A stretch of 64,000 nucleotides of DNA from Coprothermobacterota bacterium (GTDB lineage: Bacteria > Coprothermobacterota > Coprothermobacteria > Coprothermobacterales > Coprothermobacteraceae): positions 32,001 to 96,000 of the forward strand of contig JAZIGN010000003.1 in the NCBI GenBank assembly GCA_036679065.1. Direction: 5' to 3'. Below are positions 17,464-27,679 of the stretch, piece after piece. The notes under the pieces are model-generated. The model worked only from the letters and a program-made list of their open reading frames with translations. It searched no databases and was not told where the DNA came from. The first letter of the stretch is position 1, and each line of letters opens with the position of its first letter. The translations under genes were made by a program, and so were the position numbers.

Positions 17464-18855
17464 TCACTTTTTCTCAAAAAGGTACTTGTTGCCCTCTTTG
17501 GGTACATCCATGGGGTAATTGCCGTTCAAGCAGCCTGTACACAAACTGCACATCCCAACACTCTTTATCAAACCTTCCAAACTTAAAAAATGCAAACTGT
17601 CAGCATCAACCAGTTTTCTCACTTCTTCAGGCGACATTTGAGCGGAAATGAGTTGCTTACGCGTGGGCATATCGATGCCGAAATAACATGGCATGATTAT
17701 GGGCGGAGAACTAATCCGCAGGTGCACTTCTTTGGCTCCAGCTTCTTTGAGCAGCCTGACCAAACGCCTCATGGTAGTTCCTCGGACAATGGAGTCATCA
17801 ACCAAGACAACGCTCTTGCCCTTCACAAGCTCCTTTAGCACATTCAGTTTGACCCTGAGACTGGCCTCTCTCATGCTTTGCTCAGGCGCTATGAAGGTAC
17901 GTCCCACGTATTTGTTCTTTATGAGACCGTCCACACTGGGTATGCCGGACTCGACTGCGTACCCACGAGCAGCGGAATTTCCGGAATCTGGTACAGGCAC
18001 GACCCAGTGAGCGTCCACAGGTGCTTCTTTAGCAAGTTGCCTGCCCATCTCCATGCGGGCGAGGTAAACACTTGCGCCATCAATCACACTGTCGGGGCGT
18101 GCAAAGTAAATGTATTCAAACACGCAGTGCATGGGATTAACGGCTTCAGACTCAGCCTTAACCGACCTCAGTTGAGAGCTGTCCACACCATCAATGAGGA
18201 CAATCTCGCCGGGTTCGATGTCCCTGACAAGCTGAGCATTGACCACGTCCAAAGCACAAGATTCCGAGGAAAGGAAATAACCTACTTCGTTCTTGCCCAA
18301 ACAAAGTGGCCTTATGCCGTTTGGGTCTCTGACCCCGGCAAGCGTGTTGTCAAAAAGCACCAGCAGTGCATAGGAACCCTTTATGGACTTCATCACCTCA
18401 AGAAGCGCGTTTTCAAAACCTTTGTGGAGGTTTTTTGCCATGAGGTGCATGATGATTTCTGTATCCGAAGTGGTCTGGAAAATTCGGCCTTCCTTTTCCA
18501 GAGAATCTCTGAGCTGCTGTGCATTTATGAGATTCCCGTTATGAGCCACAGCAATGGAATGACCGCGTAAATGAGCCACCAGCGGTTGAGCATTGAATAA
18601 ACTTGGTGCTCCTGTGGTGGAATAGCGCACATGGCCAATACCCGCGTTGCCTTTGAGTGACTTTACCTTGATTCGGTCAAAAACTTCGCTTACCAGACCC
18701 ATGCCCTTTTGCACATGGGTTTCGCTACCGTCATAGACGGCAATACCGGCACTTTCTTCACCGCGATGCTGCAGCGACTGAAGACCGTAGTAGATGTACA
18801 CTGAAGCTTCGGGGTTATCCAAAACAACCCCAAAAACGCCGCAATCTTCTTTCAT
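17464..18855 (-). CDS. purF: amidophosphoribosyltransferase
   Basis: MKEDCGVFG (Ntn Cys), QHRG, GHVRYST, VDDSIVRGTT. The ATG at 18855 overlaps the purL stop. Confidence 0.96.
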   Translation of the reverse strand: MKEDCGVFGVVLDNPEASVYIYYGLQSLQHRGEESAGIAVYDGSETHVQKGMGLVSEVFDRIKVKSLKGNAGIGHVRYSTTGAPSLFNAQPLVAHLRGHSIAVAHNGNLINAQQLRDSLEKEGRIFQTTSDTEIIMHLMAKNLHKGFENALLEVMKSIKGSYALLVLFDNTLAGVRDPNGIRPLCLGKNEVGYFLSSESCALDVVNAQLVRDIEPGEIVLIDGVDSSQLRSVKAESEAVNPMHCVFEYIYFARPDSVIDGASVYLARMEMGRQLAKEAPVDAHWVVPVPDSGNSAARGYAVESGIPSVDGLIKNKYVGRTFIAPEQSMREASLRVKLNVLKELVKGKSVVLVDDSIVRGTTMRRLVRLLKEAGAKEVHLRISSPPIIMPCYFGIDMPTRKQLISAQMSPEEVRKLVDADSLHFLSLEGLIKSVGMCSLCTGCLNGNYPMDVPKEGNKYLFEKK

Positions 18856-21074
18856 CAGATGCCCTTCATAGCCCATTCCAATCCCCGCCAGTAATGCTCC
18901 GCGCACTGAATCAGGGGCACATCAGCAACTTCTTCTCCATTCACCCTGATAAGCAAACTTTCCCCGCCCACGTTGCCTAAAACCGCAGCGGGTACCTCAT
19001 AATCTTGGGCAAGCTTTAAGACCGCTTCCAAGTTCTGTGGGCTCAGTGAAACCACTGCCCGGGCTTGGGATTCCGAGAAAAGAGCAGCATCAGGCCTCAA
19101 AGAAGTGGTTAGATCCACCTCAACGCCTCTTTCACCGCAAAGTGCACATTCTGCCAATGCAACAGCCAAACCACCCTCAGAAATATCATGAGCAGATTTG
19201 AGTAGCCCTTCCCAGATGAGCTTACGCACCAGTTCCTGCAGTGCTTTTTCCTTTTCCAGATCCACAACGGGAGGCTTTCCTTTTACCAGACCGTATTGAA
19301 CTTGTAGGTATTCACTACCACCAAGCTCCCCTTTATCTTCACCCAGCACGAGAACCACATCACCATCGTCTTTAAGGCCCATGGTGCACACCCTGGAAAC
19401 GTCCGGGATCAGTCCTGCACAGCCGATCACCGGCGTGGGGAAAATGGGGCCCAGCTCAGTTTCGTTGTACAGGCTCACATTCCCACTAACCACTGGTATG
19501 TTCAAGACTTGGCAGGCATCTCTGATGCCTTCTATGCAGCGCTGCATTTGCCAGTAAACTGCAGGATCCTCAGGATTGCCGAAATTCAAACAATCTGTTA
19601 TGCCAATGGGCTCAGCACCCACCATGCTCAAGTTCCTTGCCGCTTCTACCACAGCAGCCTTAGCACCCTCGTAGGGATCCAAAAAGCAGTAGGTGGCATT
19701 GCAGTCAGTGGTAAACGCCAGCGCTTGGTGTTTACCTTTTATGCGAACCACTGCAGCGTCCGAGCCTGGTCTGACAACGGTGTCAGTTCTCACCATGTGG
19801 TCATACTGCTCAAATACCCATGCTTTGGAAGCAACGTTGGGCGATGCTAAAAGTTCCAAGAGAGTACATTCCAGATCAGCAGGTGGCTGCAAAGCTGTCA
19901 AATCGAGCTCTTGGAGTTCTTCCAGACCCTCAGAGGGTTTTCCTTCACGAACATACTGTGGAGCGCCATCTGCCAGAAGCTTTGCGGGTACTTCAACTAC
20001 CACGGTGCCCTGGTGCTTTACACGAAGCATGCCGTCGTCGGTCACATGACCCATGACGCTGGCATGTAGTCCCCATTTCTCCATGATTTGCTTTATGTGA
20101 TCTTCTTTACCTTTTTCCACGACTAAGAGCATGCGTTCCTGGGATTCAGAGATGAGAATCTCATGAGCAGCCATGCCCTCAGCCCTTAGCGGGACACGGT
20201 CCAAATCAAGCTCCATGCCCACGCCACCACGAGCAGCCATTTCAGAGGCGGAGGAAGTTATGCCAGCAGCTCCCATGTCCTGCACAGCCACCACAAAGCC
20301 TGTCTCATAAGCTTCCAAGCAAGCCTCGATGAGTAGTTTCTCCATGAATGGGTCACCAACTTGCACTGAAGGCAGCTTCTCCTCGGCGTCTTCCCCAAGT
20401 TCCTGCGAAGCGAAGCTGGCTCCTCCAATGCCATCTCTGCCTGTGGTGGCACCCACAATGAGCACTGGATTGCCAACACCACTGGCTTTCCCTGTCTGCA
20501 TCTTGCCCCGCTCCACAATGCCAGCACAAAGTGCATTCACCAGCGGGCTTTTCTGGTAGCAATCCTGGAAGTAAATTTCGCCACCCACGGTGGGCACCCC
20601 AATGCAGTTGCCATAGTCACTGATACCAGCCACTACTTGTTCGAACAAGTAGTTAGTTCTGCCATCACCCAAAAGGCCAAAGCGAAGTGAATCCATGAGC
20701 ACCATGGGACGCGCACCCATGGCAAAGATGTCCCTGACGATGCCACCTACGCCCGTGGCAGCACCTTGATAAGGTTCTACCGCTGACGGATGGTTATGGC
20801 TTTCTATTTTCATCACCAGAGCCAAACCATCTCCGATGTCCAGTACGCCTGCGTTCTCACCAGGTCCTTGAACCACGCGTGATCCTTTGCTGGGCAGCAT
20901 TTTTAGTAGTGGCTTGGAGTTTTTGTAAGCACAGTGCTCAGACCACATCACACTGAACATGGCAAGTTCTGTGAAATTTGGTTCTCTACCCAGCCCAGCG
21001 ACTATTTCTTGATATTCGGAATCAGTTAACCCCAAGGTTCTCCAAAGTGACGCTGTGTTGTTGTTATTTTCCAT
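18855..21074 (-). CDS. purL: FGAM synthase subunit PurL
   Basis: [32 protein letters not shown]. Confidence 0.97.
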   Translation of the reverse strand: MENNNNTASLWRTLGLTDSEYQEIVAGLGREPNFTELAMFSVMWSEHCAYKNSKPLLKMLPSKGSRVVQGPGENAGVLDIGDGLALVMKIESHNHPSAVEPYQGAATGVGGIVRDIFAMGARPMVLMDSLRFGLLGDGRTNYLFEQVVAGISDYGNCIGVPTVGGEIYFQDCYQKSPLVNALCAGIVERGKMQTGKASGVGNPVLIVGATTGRDGIGGASFASQELGEDAEEKLPSVQVGDPFMEKLLIEACLEAYETGFVVAVQDMGAAGITSSASEMAARGGVGMELDLDRVPLRAEGMAAHEILISESQERMLLVVEKGKEDHIKQIMEKWGLHASVMGHVTDDGMLRVKHQGTVVVEVPAKLLADGAPQYVREGKPSEGLEELQELDLTALQPPADLECTLLELLASPNVASKAWVFEQYDHMVRTDTVVRPGSDAAVVRIKGKHQALAFTTDCNATYCFLDPYEGAKAAVVEAARNLSMVGAEPIGITDCLNFGNPEDPAVYWQMQRCIEGIRDACQVLNIPVVSGNVSLYNETELGPIFPTPVIGCAGLIPDVSRVCTMGLKDDGDVVLVLGEDKGELGGSEYLQVQYGLVKGKPPVVDLEKEKALQELVRKLIWEGLLKSAHDISEGGLAVALAECALCGERGVEVDLTTSLRPDAALFSESQARAVVSLSPQNLEAVLKLAQDYEVPAAVLGNVGGESLLIRVNGEEVADVPLIQCAEHYWRGLEWAMKGI

Positions 21075-21080
21075 GGTTTT

Positions 21081-21758
21081 TCAAAACCCACCTTTCAGTA
21101 GGTGATCCAGCACAGAACCCAGAATGTACACACCATCTGAGCTTCCCAGCAGTGGATCACAAGCACGTTCCGGATGGGGCATCATGCCCACCACGTTGCC
21201 CTGCCTGTTTGTCACAGCGGCAATGCGGTCCACGGAGCCGTTCACATCTTCTGTGTAACGCAGAAGAATTTGTCCATTTTCCTTTAGCTGCTGCAGAGTG
21301 TCCTCATCAACGTAGTAATTACCGTCTTTATGAGCCACGGGCAATTTAATGGTTTGACCCACCTTAAGGCGGGACGTGAAAGGTGTATGGGTGTTTTCCA
21401 CCTGCACATCCACGTATTTGCAAATGAACTTCAAATTCTTATTGCGCATGAGCGCACCTGGAAGCAAGGCCAGTTCTGTGAGCACTTGGAAACCATTGCA
21501 AATGCCCACCACCAGTTTGCCTTTCTCAGCTTCCTTAACTAGGGCGTCCACAGCCGGTGAAAAACGAGCCAAAGCGCCAGGTCGTAAGTAATCCCCGTAG
21601 GAAAAACCACCTGGAATCATGAGCACATCGTATTTGTCCAAGTCCCTCTCTTCGTGCCATACGTACCGAGCATCTTGGTTCAAGTAATCCCTAACCGCAT
21701 AAAAGCAGTCTGAATCGCAATTAGAGCCAGGAAGAACAATAATCCCAAAGGTCTTCAT
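21081..21758 (-). CDS. purQ: FGAM synthase glutaminase subunit PurQ
   Basis: PGGFSYGDYLR, GICNGFQ, MPHPER. Confidence 0.96.
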   Translation of the reverse strand: MKTFGIIVLPGSNCDSDCFYAVRDYLNQDARYVWHEERDLDKYDVLMIPGGFSYGDYLRPGALARFSPAVDALVKEAEKGKLVVGICNGFQVLTELALLPGALMRNKNLKFICKYVDVQVENTHTPFTSRLKVGQTIKLPVAHKDGNYYVDEDTLQQLKENGQILLRYTEDVNGSVDRIAAVTNRQGNVVGMMPHPERACDPLLGSSDGVYILGSVLDHLLKGGF

Positions 21759-21763
21759 AGCTC

Positions 21764-22015
21764 TTAGCCCTCAACGATCTCGAAGGAGAAATCTTCAATG
21801 ACAGGGTTGGTTAGCACTTTCTTGCAAATCTCTTCCACGCTGTTTTTCAATTCTTCTGAATTAGTGCTGTCCTCCAAGGTAAGTACGATGTACTTGCCCA
21901 CTCTGACGTCGCTTACATTTTCGTATCCCAAAGTGTGTAATGCATTTTTCACGGCTTGCCCCTGAGGATCTAGAATGCCCTTCTTCAAAGTCACATAAAC
22001 TTTTGCCTGCGCCAT
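21764..22015 (-). CDS. purS: FGAM synthase subunit PurS
   Basis: ILDPQG, VRVGK, LTNPVIE. Confidence 0.95.
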   Translation of the reverse strand: MAQAKVYVTLKKGILDPQGQAVKNALHTLGYENVSDVRVGKYIVLTLEDSTNSEELKNSVEEICKKVLTNPVIEDFSFEIVEG

Positions 22016-22016
22016 G

Positions 22017-22727
22017 TCAAACACACCCCAATCGACGAGCTATTTCCAGATAAGCCTCTTCCACACCGCCCATATCACGTCTGAACCTGTCTTTGTCCAG
22101 CTTCTCCATGGTAGTGCTGTCCCAGAAACGGCAAGTGTCGGGTGAGATTTCATCTGCCAGGACAATGTGCCCCTCAGGTGTCTTGCCGAATTCAAGCTTA
22201 AAATCCACAAGAATGATGTTCTTCTCGAGCAGGAACTGCGAAAGAATCTGGTTAACCCTTAATGCCTGCTGAGTGAGTGTGTTTATTTCCTCCTCGGTAG
22301 CCAGCTTCATGGCTGAAATGTGGTAATTATTCACCATGGGGTCACCCAGTTCATCATTTTTGTAAGAGAATTCCACAACGGGCTGATCAAACTTTAGGCC
22401 CTCTTCCAGGCCCAGCCGTTTACTTATACTGCCAGCTGCATAGTTTCTCACGATGACTTCCAGTGGAATAATATCAACCTTTTTCACCAGCATTTCAGTT
22501 GGAGAAAGTAATTCAACAAAATGCGTTGGCACACCATTCTCCTCAAGAAGCTGAAAGAACACTGCAGACACTTTATTATTGATGGTTCCCTTGCCTTGTA
22601 TTATGCCTTTCTTTTTGCCATCAAATGCGGTAGCTTCATCCTTGTACTCAATGATGTAGTAACGCGGATCATCGGTTCTGTAAACCTTTTTCGCTTTACC
22701 CTCATAAAGAAGGTCCAACTTTTCCAT
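22017..22727 (-). CDS. purC: SAICAR synthase
   Basis: LYEGKAK, DFKLEFG, LADEISPDTCRFWD. AGGAGG SD before 22727. Confidence 0.96.
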   Translation of the reverse strand: MEKLDLLYEGKAKKVYRTDDPRYYIIEYKDEATAFDGKKKGIIQGKGTINNKVSAVFFQLLEENGVPTHFVELLSPTEMLVKKVDIIPLEVIVRNYAAGSISKRLGLEEGLKFDQPVVEFSYKNDELGDPMVNNYHISAMKLATEEEINTLTQQALRVNQILSQFLLEKNIILVDFKLEFGKTPEGHIVLADEISPDTCRFWDSTTMEKLDKDRFRRDMGGVEEAYLEIARRLGCV

Positions 22728-22749
22728 GCAAGCCTCCTTTCTCCTGCCT

Positions 22750-23235
22750 CTAACCTTTAAGCACATCTTCAGCCATATACTGACGGTATCCTCTCAGTAC
22801 TTCCTTTAAATCCGCATACTTTAAAGACAGTATGTGGCAAGCTAGAAGTGCGGCATTTTCTGCTTCGTTTATGCCTACCGTGGCCACTGGTACACCTTTT
22901 GGCATCTGTACCATGGACAAAAGCGAATCCAATCCACCCAGTGCCGAAGATTTTATGGGTAGTCCGATTACGGGAAGCAACGTGTAGGAAGCAATAACGC
23001 CAGGAAGATGAGCTGCTTTGCCTGCAGCGGCGATTATTACGTCGTACTCCTGATCAGCGTTGACAGCGAATTTCTGGGTTTCGAATGGTGTTCTGTGGGC
23101 AGAAAGCACTTTCAAGTCCCATGGAACTCTAAGCTGATCAAGAATGGCTGTGCACTTCTCAACAACGGGAATGTCAGACTTACTCCCTACCACAATGGCG
23201 ACTTTACCAATACCATCAATACTACTATTAGACAT
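22750..23235 (-). CDS. purE: N5-CAIR mutase
   Basis: GSKSD, SAHRTP, AAHLPG, QMPKGVPVATV. Confidence 0.95.
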   Translation of the reverse strand: MSNSSIDGIGKVAIVVGSKSDIPVVEKCTAILDQLRVPWDLKVLSAHRTPFETQKFAVNADQEYDVIIAAAGKAAHLPGVIASYTLLPVIGLPIKSSALGGLDSLLSMVQMPKGVPVATVGINEAENAALLACHILSLKYADLKEVLRGYRQYMAEDVLKG

Positions 23236-23369
23236 GGTAATGACCTCCCAAAGCGGGGAAATGATGAAACATATAACACATTATATAACCAAACTGTGAT
23301 AAGCGAAACCCAGCGTTAGCACTTACTTCACTTCGACTGGTGCATAGAACTGCTTATAATGAATACATC

Positions 23370-24227
23370 ATGTCCAGAAAAAGCCAAGACACGCTGGGTT
23401 ACATTTACCTGATTGCTACCACCTTCTTTTGGGGTACCACGTTCGTTTTTTCTAAAGAAGTTCTGACTTATTTGGATCCGTTTTCCTATTTGTTCTGGCG
23501 ATATGTCATTGCCTTCTTACCACTGATTCCCTTTATCAGGTTAAGAAAAAAGGACATACTTGATGGATTCTGGTTAAGCATTACTAACGCCATCGCCCTC
23601 ATCACTCAGTTTGTCGCTCTAACCACCATAAATGCCTCCACAGCTGCCTTCATCGTAAGCTTGAGCATACCGCTCACACCGCTTTTAGAAATGTTGTGGC
23701 TTAGAAAGAGACAAAGCAGCACAGTAACCCTGGGGCAAATACTGTCCGTGGTGGGATTCTTGGCCTTGAGTTACGTACCTGGGGAAAGATTCTCCATATC
23801 CTTTGGGGCCTTTCTCATGCTCATCAGTGCCTTAGCATACACTGTGCAGTTCGTACTCATACCCAAACTACAAATTGAAAATCAGCTGAACACTTCAGCC
23901 TACATGATTGGATTCACTGCTATTTGGTCTTTACCCTTCACCAGGAGCTTCGTAGTACCTAAAGGAGCATGGGGCCCACTACTTTATTTGGCTTTGATTG
24001 CCACAACCTTGACCATTTGGCTGCAACTTCAAGGGCAGAAAAATGTCAGCGCCACCACAGCGGCGTACATATTTGCATTTGAACCCATATTTGCATATTT
24101 GTTCGCCCATCTAACAGTGGGAGAAAACCTCACCGCATTCGGTAATTTGGGGGCACTACTCATCTTTTTAAGTGCTCTGCTGGTCCAGTACGGTGAATAC
24201 CGAACCAGCAAAGCTACCAGCAGCTAA
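23370..24227 (+). CDS. EamA/DMT family transporter
   Basis: About 10 TM segments, WGTTF start motif, duplicated EamA architecture, FEPIFA. Confidence 0.85.
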   Translation: MSRKSQDTLGYIYLIATTFFWGTTFVFSKEVLTYLDPFSYLFWRYVIAFLPLIPFIRLRKKDILDGFWLSITNAIALITQFVALTTINASTAAFIVSLSIPLTPLLEMLWLRKRQSSTVTLGQILSVVGFLALSYVPGERFSISFGAFLMLISALAYTVQFVLIPKLQIENQLNTSAYMIGFTAIWSLPFTRSFVVPKGAWGPLLYLALIATTLTIWLQLQGQKNVSATTAAYIFAFEPIFAYLFAHLTVGENLTAFGNLGALLIFLSALLVQYGEYRTSKATSS

Positions 24228-24328
24228 ACAAGTGGATAATTGTACAGTTCGTAGTAAGTGTCAGACACGGGGTCATACAACACCCTGCTTTCTTTCTTTT
24301 CCACCTTGCCGCTTTTCTTTTCTTTCAC
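24224..24328 (-). CDS. putative 34-aa small protein (not in ORF track)
   Basis: GGAGGTG SD at 24335-24341 and GTG start at 24328; reads MKEKKSGKVEKKESRVLYDPVSDTYYELYNYPLV*. Confidence 0.55.
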   Translation of the reverse strand: MKEKKSGKVEKKESRVLYDPVSDTYYELYNYPLV

Positions 24329-24562
24329 CTTAAACACCTCCCGTACAAGTTGTTCAAAGTATGGTAATACAGCCAAGAGGCATAAGTATTTAAATCAGGT
24401 GTGTAAATTCGTCAAGCGTTGGTTAAGATGCTCGAAGAATTAAAAAGAGCCACTGGAAGACTTTTACGACTAATACGTCGTGTTTTTCCCCAGCGGCTCT
24501 ATTCTTGCAAAGTGGCCATTGATAAATGCACGTTAATTAGGTACTATCCCCATGCCAAAAGC

Positions 24563-26056
24563 CTATTTTGGAACAACCATGAGAGCGTTGCTTATCTTCC
24601 TGGTGGGTGTTGCCAAGAACTTGCCATTGGAATACAGGCTCGTGCTGGCACCACCATCAAGATTCATGGCGTTGTAGGCGCCTAAATCTTTCATGATATT
24701 TGCTAACTCCTCAATAGTGCACTTACTAACAGTGACCATGAGTAGTTCATTATTTTGTGTAATGCCCAGTGCACTTCTGGTAAGGGGTTGACCTGTGATT
24801 TTCGGAATATCGAGAAGCTCAGACGCTGGATCCAACGTTATTTCCCCATCGGTTATGAGGCGTGGACCAGCACTAAGAGCTCCCCAAATAACGCCCTCCT
24901 GCCACATGTCGGGATGTGAACTGTTACGCACATCATAAATGTCACGGTAATGAAGCTTTGTGCCCACTTCAAAACGGTCCTTGAAGCGCACCTCAGTACC
25001 TCCTAAGTGAATGATGTACCCATCAGGTGGTATGGGCATGTCAGTGCCAGTAACTTGCTCCACTACTTCGCCATTTCTCACTATGACATTGATGCCATCT
25101 ACGTTGAGTCTGGTAGTAACACCCCTGAGTGGCGTGAACACACGAATCGAGTTTTCTCCCCACATGGCACGGTTTATGGTGCCTATGTACCAGCCTTGGG
25201 TGTAGAGACGCTCCAGCTCAGGATTGGGAATGTAGGTATACTCACCCTGCAGCTTCATCTTCACATTGGCTATGTCGACCTGGTTGTCCTGAGTAAAAGC
25301 AAATGTGGTAGCGTATTTCTCCGGGGTACCCAGGTGTTCAATCCTACCGTTAACGACCAAGTTGGCAGCAGGTTCCATAGGCAAACTGGTATCTGCCACC
25401 TGGAAGAAGGTCCCGTTTATGGCAGCTAAGGGGTTTTTCCTCATCACCATGCTGTCAAAAGGCTCTAAGACACCGATTTGGTCTTGAGCGTTAACAATTT
25501 CCAGTTTTATGGTTGGGTCGTTTAGAAATACTTTGACCACGTTCACCGTTGCTGTACTGTTGCTTACAGCAACGGTGGTGGTGTAGGACTTAACACCTGT
25601 TTCGATGTAGACGGCCCTATTTTGCTCGTCCCATTCAACTTCCTTGCCCAAAGCCTCACTAACAAAGCGCAAAGGAACGTAAGTTCTGCTGTTGTAAATG
25701 AAAGGAGGCACATCCAAGACTTTAACTGCCCCGCTAACTCCAGCAAATTTAAACCCAATCTTCAAACTGATAAAGGTTGAGCCATTCCTAATGTTTACGA
25801 TCTGGTTTTCTGCGTCCCACTCAACTTGACCGCCAAAATACTCGGCGATGTAGCGAATAGGAACAAAAATACGGCCTTCCTTGTTCAGTGGCGGCGTGTC
25901 AAAAGCCAACTTTTGCCCACCGATGTAGATGGTAATGTCTTGCCCAACAATGCCGTTTTCACCGTAAACTGCCACTGACGACCAACTAACGGTTAGTAGC
26001 ATCACGGCAACAAGAAAAATGTTCACAAGCTTCAACAGAGGCTTGTTCTTCACCAA
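24563..26056 (-). CDS. secreted phosphodiester glycosidase (NAGPA-like) with copper-amine-oxidase N-terminal (stalk) domain
   Basis: Signal peptide; FVPIRYIAE/YVPLRFVSE stalk repeats; AINGTFF, AGPRL, RSALG, NLDGGAST. Confidence 0.85.
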   Translation of the reverse strand: MVKNKPLLKLVNIFLVAVMLLTVSWSSVAVYGENGIVGQDITIYIGGQKLAFDTPPLNKEGRIFVPIRYIAEYFGGQVEWDAENQIVNIRNGSTFISLKIGFKFAGVSGAVKVLDVPPFIYNSRTYVPLRFVSEALGKEVEWDEQNRAVYIETGVKSYTTTVAVSNSTATVNVVKVFLNDPTIKLEIVNAQDQIGVLEPFDSMVMRKNPLAAINGTFFQVADTSLPMEPAANLVVNGRIEHLGTPEKYATTFAFTQDNQVDIANVKMKLQGEYTYIPNPELERLYTQGWYIGTINRAMWGENSIRVFTPLRGVTTRLNVDGINVIVRNGEVVEQVTGTDMPIPPDGYIIHLGGTEVRFKDRFEVGTKLHYRDIYDVRNSSHPDMWQEGVIWGALSAGPRLITDGEITLDPASELLDIPKITGQPLTRSALGITQNNELLMVTVSKCTIEELANIMKDLGAYNAMNLDGGASTSLYSNGKFLATPTRKISNALMVVPK

Positions 26057-26262
26057 ATCACCTCCTCAAGGCGCTGGCTGTAGATGATCCCAAGCGGCCA
26101 GCGCAAATAATCCTTTAGACACATTGTACAAAGAAAACCAAGAAGTGAGATATTTTCTTAAGTTGTGTTTTACCTGAGGAAAAACGCAGTAGAATCAAGT
26201 ACTAACGATGGTTTCTTTAACAAAGACCCCTTTAACACGATGAAAAACGTTTAACACTGGTG

Positions 26263-27522
26263 TTAAAACAAAAACTGCTTGAGCAAACCCTGAAAAGCAG
26301 AATCTGTTTCTTTGGCAATAAGTCGTCTGTTTTCCGCAGACCAATAGCGTTTAAACTGCCAAGAACCTTTCATGGGACCTTTATCAAGGACACCCAATGC
26401 TTCTCTTAAGTATTTCTGGTTTATGGCATAACTTTGTTCCAGAAGCTTGCCAGCACCGTTCTCTACCACGCTTAGATCTAGCAGTGCTCTTTGGCTCTCG
26501 AGACGCAGTGGGTAGGTTTTGTCCTTATTCACTGTGTAATCTTTCAATGCAGCTCGGAAAAGTAAGTTGTTCCATTTCCATCTTCTTACCCCTTGCCGGA
26601 GCTGAACTTCCTCATCTTCAATGGTGGCAGGCACATTGAAATTAAGTGGTTTAAAAACTTGCATCTCAGGATCCGGACCTTCAGTGAACCAGATGATCTT
26701 CCTTTCGTAATCGTAGATGAGTGATGCTGTGGTCTGAGAGCTAACCAAACCACCACCTATCATGTTTATGTTCTTCATGGAGTAAACAGCTCCCGTACCG
26801 CGGTCCTGAAGCAGTGCCATAACATTTACCACATTTGGCACCAAGGTACTAAGCAACTCCCTTCCACGCCGCTCACGCACGGCCGCTCCAGCGAAATAGG
26901 TAACCAAACGGTTGGTAAAGTACGTTTGAAAGTTCTTCACCTTACCTTCCAGCTCCGGTGAAATGCCGTCAAAGTCATTGCCTAGTGACAGTTTATTGCT
27001 TATGTTGTAACTGCCCTGAAGCTTCTTGAAAGCATAGTACTTGCCAACAGTTTCCAAAACGTACGCTTCTTTCGGATCCACTAACAAATAGCTGTTGTGA
27101 TAAAAAAGTGGGTGCTCGTATCCCCCATCGCCGCCTTGACCAAAACTAAGAGTGTTTTCAATGATTATGTTCATGGCTTCAAAAGCCGTTGAAGCCTGTT
27201 CCAGAGCCATGCGCAAGTAATCCATGCCCAAGACTCCGCTCTTCTCTGCGGGCACCTTGTTGAAAGTGGCTTCGTTTCCAATGCACACTTCTTTACTGTT
27301 TATTCCCATCTCTGCGCCCCACATCCAAGAAGGTTTGGAGAGCCAAACATCGTTTTTTACCTCATAAGCGGGAAGCTTTACATAAGTACCTGGTTCGCTT
27401 ATGGACCCCTTAGGAATAAACACCATGCACTGAGGTTCATTAGGATCTCGGTCGCTGTTTTTAGCGAAAAACGCTGTTCCACCAGAGTCCTTAGACGATT
27501 TTACATAAAAGGTGTCACACAT
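26263..27522 (-). CDS. C69/secernin-like Ntn-hydrolase peptidase
   Basis: MCDT start with nucleophilic Cys, AKNSDR, WMWGAEMGIN, IGNEA. Confidence 0.85.
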   Translation of the reverse strand: MCDTFYVKSSKDSGGTAFFAKNSDRDPNEPQCMVFIPKGSISEPGTYVKLPAYEVKNDVWLSKPSWMWGAEMGINSKEVCIGNEATFNKVPAEKSGVLGMDYLRMALEQASTAFEAMNIIIENTLSFGQGGDGGYEHPLFYHNSYLLVDPKEAYVLETVGKYYAFKKLQGSYNISNKLSLGNDFDGISPELEGKVKNFQTYFTNRLVTYFAGAAVRERRGRELLSTLVPNVVNVMALLQDRGTGAVYSMKNINMIGGGLVSSQTTASLIYDYERKIIWFTEGPDPEMQVFKPLNFNVPATIEDEEVQLRQGVRRWKWNNLLFRAALKDYTVNKDKTYPLRLESQRALLDLSVVENGAGKLLEQSYAINQKYLREALGVLDKGPMKGSWQFKRYWSAENRRLIAKETDSAFQGLLKQFLF

Positions 27523-27610
27523 TTGATTTACACCCCAACTCTTGGTACTGATTCTATCATGCGTCATAGACAAACCTGTACATGCTTTACCGCCTCAACT
27601 TAAAAATCGC

Positions 27611-27639
27611 TTTACTTAGACTAAAAAATGTGATATCAT
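27611..27639 (+). promoter_or_regulatory. sigma70-type promoter of the DeoR/acid-sugar operon
   Basis: TTTACT-N17-TATCAT with an extended TG. Confidence 0.55.
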
Positions 27640-27679
27640 TTTCTAACAGAAATGCACATTACTTAACAGAGGTGGGAAA

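Noticed and set aside
17878..18570. 230-aa plus-strand ORF
   Set aside because: Antisense shadow of purF.
24258..24685. Plus-strand ORFs 24258-24443 and 24419-24685
   Set aside because: No SD; they overlap the better-supported minus-strand small ORF and the glycosidase 3' end.
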